Virus record (IMG/VR): IMGVR_UViG_3300037963_002171
Span: 1,986 to 65,985 of that record
Strand: one strand, 5' to 3'
From: a virus
Lineage: Duplodnaviria > Caudoviricetes
Length of the DNA: 64,000 nt
Below are positions 10,276 to 20,500 of this stretch, in pieces. Each line of letters opens with the position of its first letter. The stretch's first letter is position 1. The notes below the pieces were generated by a model. It worked only from the letters and a program-made list of their open reading frames with translations. It did not search any database and was not told the DNA's origin. Both the position numbers and the translations under genes were made by a program.

Positions 10276-12966
10276 TTAGTTAGGTTTGTTTACGTTTTCC
10301 AAAAAATTACTAGATAAACCTTCAAAACCAGATTTTTCTTTGCTTAACTCATATTTATTTTCATCATCTATATTTTTAAGATTTGCAAGTCTAGTAAAAG
10401 AACTATCTAAATTATTATTTGCAATTTTTTGCATATAGTAATTTACATCATTTATAGCCGAACCAATAAGCTGACTACCTATAGCGCCTTCTATATTAGC
10501 AGTTCTTCTTGCTTCTTCATAATCCATTTTAGCATCTATTATACCTTTATCCATTCTAGCCTTTTCTTGAAACTTTAACATACCGCCATACATTTCCATA
10601 TTTTTTCTTCTTGTTGCAGCATCCATTGCTCCTAACTTTAATAAACCCCCAACTCTATTTGCATTAAGAACACCAGCATTAGCTAAAAAAGTAGCTCTAC
10701 TACCACCAGAAGCTCTCATAGAGTTTCTTATACCCATATTATAGGCTTTTGACAAATCTGTTTTCATAGAAAACTTTTCTTGTGCAGTTAAACCTGATTG
10801 AGAAATTTCTTTCATCTTTTGCATATGGGATTCCCAAGCTCGACTTAAACCAGGTATATCTTTAGTTGGTATAGTTTCTCTTGCTCTTTCTAAACTTTCT
10901 AAACCTAATGCCGCTTTAGTTCCTGTAATAGCTGCTTGAGCTAAAAGACCCAAACCCTTTTCACCCATAAATTTTTTAAATTTATCAAAACCTGATGGTG
11001 GTGGTTTCTTTATACCCAACTCTTCATCAGTTTCAGTTTCTTCTTCTATATCATCTTCTATATCTAATTCCATATCATCTGTAAAAACAAAAGGAATATC
11101 ATCACTTGCAGATTCATTAATTACAGGTGGTGGTGTGTTTGGCTGTATTCCTATACGAGCTCTAGGTATTGATGAATCTATAGCATCTAATACAGTAGGC
11201 TCTACAGGAGTTCGTTGTAAATTTATTTCTTCTTCTTGTTCAGGTGTAGCATCCACATCCATTTCATCTTGTGGGTCTAAAACAAAATCTTGTTCTATTG
11301 GATTTATAATGTTTAAGTTTGTTGAACCAGTACGCTCTTGATATCTTTGTAAAGCTCTTCTTTGTTCTTCAGTAAGGTTTTGTTGATTTATATCATCACC
11401 ACCTCCTTGTTCAGTTGGAGAGTCACCACCTGGTCTTGAAACTAAATTAACATTTTCTGGTCTATCACCTTCTAAGTTTTCTGAAGTATCCATAGTTTGC
11501 CTAGACAAAACTGGACTGCTTGGTACATCTGGATTTCTTGGAACAAAACCTTTATAACCTGGTCTTTTCCACTCCATACTTCTATGCTCTAATGAACCAA
11601 CTGGAGGTTTATCAACATAAACCTTATTGCCGTCTTCGTCGTATGTTTTATTCCAAACCTTACCAACTTTTAAATATTCTTGCAATTTCTTTTGCCATTG
11701 TGGTTTATTTTGAATTTTTTCTATATATTCTGGTGTAGGAGCATATTCATCTTGCTTTAAATTATTTCTTTGTTCTTGAGTAAGTTGATTATAATCTCTA
11801 CCATATTGTCTTTGAGCTAACCAATTTGCATCACTAGATATTTGAAAATCTGCACGATTTTTATCTCCCTTTATTCCACCTTTGTAATCTTCTTCTAATA
11901 CTACAATTTCTTCAGGTTGAAAAAGCTGGTCTTTTACTTCCCAATATTTAGAGTTTTCACCATTTAAAATAACATCATTTTGTAGCTTAAGACGCATTCC
12001 TTCACCTGTTCTAAAATTACCATCCTCAATACCTTTTTTCATAGCATCTATTCCATCTTGAGCATTTCCTTCAACAAAGCTTTGTTCATAAATTTCTGGA
12101 AGTTGGTTTTCTGTAGCTCCAGGCATTTGGGTTTCGTAGCCAGTTATTTCTCCAAGAGGTCCATAAATAGGAACACGTTTACCTTGGTCAATCTCATCAC
12201 CCATCTTAGATTCTACAGCCTTAGTAATTTCAGTATTAAATTCATCATCATTATTTATGGTAAATTCTAAATTTGACACATCTTCAATTTCATTTAAACG
12301 ACTACGAAATTCTTCTTTTGTAAGTTCTTCTCCATTTAAAATATAAGATTGAGGTTGTTGATTGTTTTGCTGTTGATTGTTTTGTTCTTGATTACCTGGA
12401 GGATTGTTGTCTCCAAATTGTCTATAGTAATTAGATATTCCATCTTGAGTTAATTCGTTTCCACCAGCAGCCCAAGTTTCTTTATTTGCATTTAAAGCGT
12501 TTTGATATTGTGTAGGATTATTAGTTTTCCATTTATCAAAATCCTCTTTAGATTTTAAAGCTACAGGCAAACCTACAGCTTTAGCAAAATCACCAGGCTC
12601 TACACTAGACCCCTCAGGCTTTATTTTAAACATTGAACTAACATGTTTTTCTACAAGGTCAAGTTGTTGTAGTTCGTTCATTTCAGAAATGTCAGATATC
12701 TTATATCTCTTACCAGCTATAGTCTTGTAGTTTTTTCCTTTATCTGGCATAAATTGTATTAAACCAGTAGCTCCACTACCAGCAAGATTTGTCTGTTTAG
12801 TAGAAAAACTACCCGCTGTCTCACCTTGTATAACAGATAATATTTCTTGTACAGAAACACCTAAGTTAGTAGACATTTTATTTAATCTGTCTTTAACACC
12901 AGGTAATGCCAAAAAAGCTTCTCTGTTGTTTACATATTTGTCTAATGTGGATACTTCTAAAGCCAT
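10276..12966 (-). CDS. Ejection protein with N-terminal lytic transglycosylase (lysozyme-like/SLT) domain
   Basis: VIQGETAGSF...GATGLIQFMP SLT signature, Q/N-rich linker, acidic middle and helical C-terminus. Confidence 0.75.
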   Translation of the reverse strand: MALEVSTLDKYVNNREAFLALPGVKDRLNKMSTNLGVSVQEILSVIQGETAGSFSTKQTNLAGSGATGLIQFMPDKGKNYKTIAGKRYKISDISEMNELQQLDLVEKHVSSMFKIKPEGSSVEPGDFAKAVGLPVALKSKEDFDKWKTNNPTQYQNALNANKETWAAGGNELTQDGISNYYRQFGDNNPPGNQEQNNQQQNNQQPQSYILNGEELTKEEFRSRLNEIEDVSNLEFTINNDDEFNTEITKAVESKMGDEIDQGKRVPIYGPLGEITGYETQMPGATENQLPEIYEQSFVEGNAQDGIDAMKKGIEDGNFRTGEGMRLKLQNDVILNGENSKYWEVKDQLFQPEEIVVLEEDYKGGIKGDKNRADFQISSDANWLAQRQYGRDYNQLTQEQRNNLKQDEYAPTPEYIEKIQNKPQWQKKLQEYLKVGKVWNKTYDEDGNKVYVDKPPVGSLEHRSMEWKRPGYKGFVPRNPDVPSSPVLSRQTMDTSENLEGDRPENVNLVSRPGGDSPTEQGGGDDINQQNLTEEQRRALQRYQERTGSTNLNIINPIEQDFVLDPQDEMDVDATPEQEEEINLQRTPVEPTVLDAIDSSIPRARIGIQPNTPPPVINESASDDIPFVFTDDMELDIEDDIEEETETDEELGIKKPPPSGFDKFKKFMGEKGLGLLAQAAITGTKAALGLESLERARETIPTKDIPGLSRAWESHMQKMKEISQSGLTAQEKFSMKTDLSKAYNMGIRNSMRASGGSRATFLANAGVLNANRVGGLLKLGAMDAATRRKNMEMYGGMLKFQEKARMDKGIIDAKMDYEEARRTANIEGAIGSQLIGSAINDVNYYMQKIANNNLDSSFTRLANLKNIDDENKYELSKEKSGFEGLSSNFLENVNKPN

Positions 12967-12997
12967 GCTATTTGTATTTTTATTGTTTTTTAATTTT

Positions 12998-13477
12998 TTA
13001 CCGACCTCTACTTCTTAATTCCTGAAAAGCGTTTTTAACTTTATTTTTAAAATCTACAGATGGTAAAGAAAAATTTTCAGCTTCAGTAGAATCTAAAATA
13101 TCATAGGTTGGATTAAGCATGTCATCAGAAGCAATTTCTGTTTCTTCTGCTGTCTCTACTTCAGGTATATCACCCCCCATTTCTGCTGTTCCTGCTTTTA
13201 CCCATGAATCCATTTCTTGAAAAACTAATTTACCTGCTGCTGCAAAGTTACCATCTTTTTTATATTGTTCCAATCTAGTCATAGCTTTTTTATCAAATAC
13301 ACCTTCACCACCAGTGAGTTCCATTCCAGTGTCTTCACCCTTTTTATCTACAACAGTCAAAGGATTTTCTTTATGTGAAAATTTACCTTTAGTCATACCA
13401 CCTGTTTCAAATTTTTTATATTCATCTGACATAAAATCAGAAGCAGTCATATTTTTTAATTTCATTAAATCTTTCAT
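12998..13477 (-). CDS. Putative cargo/internal virion protein
   Basis: GGMTKGKFSHKENP...ELTGGEGVF resembles motifs of crAss-like cargo proteins; position after the muzzle gene. Confidence 0.5.
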   Translation of the reverse strand: MKDLMKLKNMTASDFMSDEYKKFETGGMTKGKFSHKENPLTVVDKKGEDTGMELTGGEGVFDKKAMTRLEQYKKDGNFAAAGKLVFQEMDSWVKAGTAEMGGDIPEVETAEETEIASDDMLNPTYDILDSTEAENFSLPSVDFKNKVKNAFQELRSRGR

Positions 13478-14571
13478 TTTTTCATATATTTTAGTTCTTG
13501 TGGTCTTGTTTCTGTCATTTCTTTACCTAAATGACCCATAGGTTTCATTATACTAACTCTTCCCCCATATGGCATTGAAGATTCTCTAAAAGCTAAATAA
13601 TCATCAGATAAGTAATTGTTTTTAATTTTACCACCACTTTCCATTTTTATGTCATATTTTTCATAAGTAGAAGCTAAAGCTGCTGCATTATTAATAGCGT
13701 CCTGTTGTTTTATAAAAGCTTCTTGTGAAGACATTTCTCTTCCTTTAGCCATTTTAACTGCACTTAAAAAAGACTTTTTATATTTTTCATTTTCTTCTTT
13801 TCTTTTTTCTTCAGCTTTTTTTGCTCTTCTTCTAGAGCCTATAGAACCTATTATATCACCAAGATTTGAAATAGCCTGTATTCCCCCTCCTATAAAATCT
13901 CCTAATAATATTCTACCAACTCCCATTCCTAATTCAGCAGTATCTGTTGCAACTTCTTTTGCAGTATATGTAGTAGGGTCAGAATCATCTACTACTTTAT
14001 CAAGAACAGAACCAACTATAGCTCCAGCACCTAAAGCTCCAGCTGTAGAAATTCCTGTTCCTAAAAAGTTTTTCCCAACTTCTGCTCCAGCGATAGGAGA
14101 CATTGTAGATGGGTCTAATGGAATATCAGGAACATTACCTACAACTTCAGCATTTATTGCAGGAGCGGTAGCAGAATATGCATCAAGAGCTTGTGTTGCT
14201 GATAGTTCTTGGGATATTGTGTCATATGCTTGTTTACCACCTTTAATTGTTTTTGGGTTAATTAATGCTGATGTTAATTTTTCGCCTACAGAAGGTTTGT
14301 ATACCTCATAAGGATTTACCCCTGACTTTACTGCTCTTTTATAATCTTCTATATTAAAAGACATTTGTTCTCTAACATTGGTAGAACCAGATAATTCAGA
14401 CAAATAATTTTTAAGCCCACTTAAAGGGCTTGTATTTCTATCTTGAGGTGTTACAAAAGAAGAGGTTGGTGTTATATTTAAATCTGAAAAATCATATAAA
14501 GGAGATTCATAACCCCCCTCTACTTTAGAGTCTCCATAAATATTTTGCATATATTGTTGTACTTTACTCAT
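13474..14571 (-). CDS. Putative cargo/ejection protein with Gly-rich membrane segments
   Basis: GISTAGALGAGAIVGSVL and GMGVGRILLGDFIGGGIQA segments followed by a basic coiled coil; directly after the muzzle gene. Confidence 0.55.
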   Translation of the reverse strand: MSKVQQYMQNIYGDSKVEGGYESPLYDFSDLNITPTSSFVTPQDRNTSPLSGLKNYLSELSGSTNVREQMSFNIEDYKRAVKSGVNPYEVYKPSVGEKLTSALINPKTIKGGKQAYDTISQELSATQALDAYSATAPAINAEVVGNVPDIPLDPSTMSPIAGAEVGKNFLGTGISTAGALGAGAIVGSVLDKVVDDSDPTTYTAKEVATDTAELGMGVGRILLGDFIGGGIQAISNLGDIIGSIGSRRRAKKAEEKRKEENEKYKKSFLSAVKMAKGREMSSQEAFIKQQDAINNAAALASTYEKYDIKMESGGKIKNNYLSDDYLAFRESSMPYGGRVSIMKPMGHLGKEMTETRPQELKYMKK

Positions 14572-17500
14572 CGTTTTGAATATCTATAATTTGGTATAAC
14601 AGAAAATATGTTATACGTGTAATTTTTTCTAAAATCATTGTCTGGTACTTCAAAAGTTGCATCTAAAGTAGATTCGTTAAATCCCATAACCATAGAATAA
14701 ATAGCATAAAACCCCCTCACTCTATTTTCTCGCATTTGCCCTATCCCATTTACGTTAATAAATTGATTTTCTGCACTATTATCTGAAGTTAAACCATTCT
14801 CCATTCTTCTCATAGGAACATTATGAACACCATCTCTATATGTATACCAGGGTGTTATATTTACATAATCAGATGAACTACTTACTGTATCATTAATATA
14901 AGGTCCTGAAAAAGAAGGCAAAGGTAAAGTTGGGTTTAATTCTACACCTTCATTTGATACCCATACATTTTGAGCTGGATATAGAGGACTACTATTACTA
15001 AATCCTTCTAGTATAATATAAGGAAATTCTGGAACACCATCTGAATCTTGCCAATCCTCTACATGTGTCATATCAAACTCATGTATTCCATTAGGATTTG
15101 CAGAACCCTGGAATCCAAATTTTCTAAAATATAAATGACCATAAGCATCTTGTTCAGGATTAATAAGAACATCAAAACTATCAAAAACCTTTGGTTGCAC
15201 AACTTCATCGTTTATTACACCCACTATATGAACTGGTTCTTTGTATGGCATTATATTAGTTTTTAATACAAAATTATTTAAGTTAGCTATATTATCACTT
15301 GGGTATTTGTAACTTTTTTGTGATATATTTATATTATTATTAGCTAACAATTCTTCTGAAGTGGGATTAGCAAAAATATAAAAATCTTCTGCTCCAAAAT
15401 TTAAATATTTAGTGGCAGTAGATTCTTGTGTTCCTTGTAGAGAAAACAAATTTAAACCTGTCATATCAGTAGCTGAAAAATCTGTATACCCATTAGATAA
15501 ATACAATGAATTCAAAGACTCATCTTCTGGATTGTCATATAATGTATACATTCTATTTCTATAAGTTATATATTCAGCTCCTCTCTTTGAAATAAAACTA
15601 GTAAAAGCATCTAGTTTTTCATTATAAACTATAGTCTTAGGCACCTCTAAATGAGGGTAAAGTGTTAATAAAACTTCATCATATTGAATGTCATAACCAA
15701 TAGCTATACCTCCAGGTATTTCAGCACCATCTGAACTTCCATAATTTGAGTGCCAAGTTTTTACATTATTATCGTATGATAAACTTGCATCATGTCTAAC
15801 TACTGTATTAGATAAAGGATTATCTCCAATAGTTTTATTGTTGTAACTTTGGAAATAAGATTGCATACCAAGAGAGTCTCCTAATGAAACTACTGACCAT
15901 CCTCCACTTTTTGATTTACCTAACTTTAAAAACTTACAAGCATTGTCATCATAATAATATGCACTATTAGGAGTGATAGCTCTTCCGTGTATATGTTGAC
16001 TTCCAAAAGAATCACTTACATAATCATACCTTTCTAAAACTGCATCAGTTCCTGTAATTGTAGTTATAGCTTTTCCTTCTCCTGAAGGTATCATAATCCT
16101 AGGGTTAACAGATAAATGACAAGTTCCTGAACTTTGTAAAGCAAATAATTCATTTTGCAATAAAAAAAGTTGAGTTATAGGTCCTTTAGAATAATCTAAA
16201 TCCTTAAATTGTCCTGCAGTAAATACTGCAAAAGAATCTCTATAATCTCCTGGAAACTTAGGTTCAGACCAAGAAACAGTATATGGCCACTCAAATACTT
16301 CTACAAAATCTAATGGTTTAGCAATAAAAGATAGTATGCTATTTTCTGTGTTAAAAGATGAATTATAAGTAATGCTACCAAAATCGTCTTCAAAATATCT
16401 TGATATATCAGCAGTTGAAGAACCCAAAAAAGTTCCATATCTTAAATCTAAATTTACCTCTGTTTCTATTGGAGCAGTATATCCTGTAAAAGTAGTTCTA
16501 TCAAAAAAGTTTTCTGAATCATCAGATGGATTATGAACTTTTTTTACTGAATAGTTGCAAACAAAAGTATCTCCACCAAAAACATGATGACCATTTTTTC
16601 CTGTTCTTGTAAAAGCTCCTATACCTGGCACATACCCTACAGACTCTTCATTTACTGGTGTAAAATGACCACAAGATTGAAAAGTGTTATTGTTAAAAGC
16701 ATTTACAGAATTACCTCCATACAAAGTATTAGCAGTTGCACCTGTTGTTAAAGAAGCAACTGTTACTTCAGGTGAAAACTGACTCCAGTTTGGGTCTGGA
16801 TAATTGCTACCAATAGCTGCATTTCCAAAAGTTAAATAAACCCTTTCTTTCCAATTATCTTTTGCTATACAATGTCTTGTTATTGGCATAGCTCCATGAT
16901 GTTTTAGGGATAAAACTATTTTTCTATTTCCTAAAGCATAATCTGCATTTTCTTCTGAATAATTACCCACTTGGTCTGTTGCGGTGTCTGTATTAGCCCC
17001 TAGAGTCCATTTATAATAATTTGCGTCTGTTGGATTATTATGAGCTCTAGGATTATCAGAATTATTATTTTGTTTATGAAAGTCATGCCACATAGTAGCA
17101 TTTTTATATGGTCTATCTGAAAATAAAGTTCCAGAATCAACTTCTTCTCCAGGAGAAACTATTTGCATATGTTGTATATTAGACTCATACCAATATCCAT
17201 TAAGAGGCCATGTTGAATCGCTTCTACGAATATCTTCTCCTCTATAAAAATCTCCATCATCAGAATTTAAACCATTTTGTGGTCTTAAAACATCTGGTAA
17301 AATATTACAGGCTCTTACACCTTGTTCGTAAGTTCCTAAATAAGTTTCTGCACTTGTTACATCTGAAGGATAACTGGTTGCATCAAAACTTGAACCATAT
17401 CCATTGTTTGATATAAAAGCATATGGATATTCAAAAGCACCAGCAAGACCAAACTGTTTAATATCCATACCTTGCCCTGTTCCTGATATATTTCTTTTTA

Positions 17501-20500
17501 TCCAATCAGGTCTTGCCATACCGTACATAGGATAAGCTCCTATTCTTTTTGAATAAAATTTAGTATAAATACCATAACCATATTCCACACTGTCTGCTGG
17601 GTCAAAATCTATAGCGTAATCTTTATCAGAATCTCCAAAAAAATCTCCAGCATATTGAGACATTTCAGAATCCCAATTTGTTGAACCAGAGCTTACTCTA
17701 GAAAAGTAATGTTTCCAAGAACCTATATCTAAAAATTCCACTTCTTCACCAGTGTTAACTTGCACACCTTCACCCATCAATAATGATGGTTGCAAATGAC
17801 AAGCAAAAAGGTCTATACTCCAAGGACCTTGAGTGTAGTCTGGATAAGACCCACTAGGCAAATATCTAGTACTAGCAGAACTGTTCCAATTTCCTCCTGA
17901 TAAGAATTTATTAAAGAAACCTATCCATGGTTCGTGATTGTTTGGTATATTTCCTGATGGGTCAGCTAACCTTGTGTTTCTTACATTTTGTTTTATGCAA
18001 TACCTAGATTCTACAATTTTTAATCTACCACCAGAAGTGCCTGGTAAAAAGAAATTATCATCACATGTTGTTTCTGGTGAATCTATTGTATAAACATTAG
18101 AAGCGTGCCATGTAGCATCTAAATTAATAGGAGATTGAGAGTTGTCGTATTGTGTAGTCATAAGATTAGGTGAAAAAACAAATGCTGGGTCTCCAGCACT
18201 AGTCTGAGGTGATGTAGCCCACGGCTGACCATAAGAAGTAGAGTTATAAGCTTGCTGTGTTCTTGTCCAAAAGGGAATAGGGTCATCACCAAATCTGTCA
18301 GCCATTCCAGTTCTATTAGCTCCATTCCACTCGTATTCTGTATTATTAAACTCATATATTGTATCTTCATTTACACTTGCATAGCTTACAGCCCTATTTA
18401 AAATACCAGATGTAATAATAGTTCTGTCATCTGAAGTTCTAGGAACTCTTACAATAGAGTATCCCCCCACTTTAGAAGTTGTATCACTAGATAGTTTTAC
18501 TTCAAAATATGGGTAAACTACACCAGCATATTGACCTTCTCCTGGTGACTGAGGATGCCATCCATAAGGTCCATTTCCATTCATGTCATCATAATCGTCA
18601 CTGTCTCCAGACGGATTTGGCCAATTACTAAAACCATTGTCAACAGAATGTCTACTTGTTTGGTAATACCAAGGCCAAGCTGCTTTAGCTGAAGAAATTG
18701 CGCTAGACGAATATTCAGGTTTAATATATTCTGTGCTATGTTCAGGCATTCTTATATCTCCTATTCTTTTAACAAACATAGGTTGCCCTTTTTTATCATA
18801 AAACAAAATACCAAATCTATATATTTCTCCTCTTCTATAACCTACATGGTTAGAATTATAAACTGGGTTAGCATAACTTGCATAATACCCTGTGCTATTT
18901 TTGTCTAAATTATAAAAAGGAGGTTTACATCCCGCAAAATCTCCAGAATTAATTAAATTCTCTTTATTGTCTAATTGAATAGGAGCTGCAGGGGATTCTG
19001 GTGTGGTATCTAACATTCTAAATGTTACCCTTACACCTTCAAATTGACCATTATCTAATGGTGTATTAAAATTATCACTTTCTGCTCCAAAAATACCTCT
19101 TTTAGCTGACCATTGCATATTTATATCTCCTTCTGAATTTACAGGTTGAACAGGTGCTCCATGAAAAGAGTCATAAAGACCAGCACTAGCCTCTCCAGCC
19201 ACTCCAGGACCCTTTATATATCTATAATAATCTATAGACCAATTTGGTCCTTCGGGATAATAGTATTTGCCATTATTTTGATTTTTTGGACTAGCTATAC
19301 CCACATTATCTCCATTAAAGGTTACTCCAGCATGAGAATATAAAAGGTCTTTAAATAAATGAGGATTGGCAACAGTGGAGTGTTTTTGGTTTTTACTATT
19401 ATATGACCTCACTTTAAAATTATCAGCAATTTCAACATTAGTACCTGTTAAATTTCCACAAAATAATCTATTATCTTTAATTCCCAATGCCTTACAAGAA
19501 TCCCAAGAAATATTATCAGTTCCAAATTCTGCACTTATTATTTCTATTCTAGAATCTTCACCACCACTATGAGTCCATTGTATTGTTCCTGTAGCTGGTA
19601 TAGGATATGTTGCAAAAACTTCAGCTGTACCAGGCGCTCCATTCACATAAGGAATGAATATCATTTCTACAGAATCAAATCCTAAATCTAGGTTTTCTAT
19701 TTTTCCAAAAATTGATTTATTGGTGTTGGTTCCAGGCGCACCTCCTTTTGTAAATGCAGCTTCTGTACCCTTTGAACTAACTGGAACACAAGCTGGGTTT
19801 GTAATAGGTGACATTCTAGAATATCTACCATCAGCTGTTTTATATCTAAAACAATATGAATAAGCTATAGAGTCTAATGCTCCGCCATCACCAAAACCAG
19901 TTACTTCTGGAATAGAAAGTTTAGATTTAACAAAAATATTAAAACTATCAGGGTCATTCTGTACGGAATAATATATAGATTGATTAGCCGCTACATTCAT
20001 GGTTCTTAAAGGTATATCACCATCTGTAAAATATATTCTTCTTACTTTTTCATTTTCTTCAGTACCTACTACCTTTACTCTTTTTTTATCAGAAAAACCC
20101 AAGTTTCCTTGATAAAATAATTCATAACCAACATCACCAGGATAAGACAGTGTTCCATCTTTTTTTTGAGCTGTTTTTATTACAAAGTCTGTTGGATAAC
20201 CATTAGCATCTGCTTGGTCATTCCACTTGCCTAAAAGAACCAAATAGTCTGAAAAACCATAATGGCCTAATATTTGCATTTTTTTTGCTTCAGTGAAACC
20301 CTGAGCATATGTTTCTTCCCAAGTTGTATTAACCTGAACTGCATAAGTGGAAGGTTGACCAGAAGCAATTAAAACTTCAGGTATAGTTATTTCTTCTGAA
20401 TCTGGAAGTTCTAACTCATTAAAATACTGTTCAGCAAGCTGACCAAAACCAGCAGCTGTCCAATAAAGAGCATCTGTCATCATATTGGTATTATGTATAG

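Noticed and set aside
12350-12405. Short tandem-like repeats
   Set aside because: Simply encode a Gln/Asn-rich linker.
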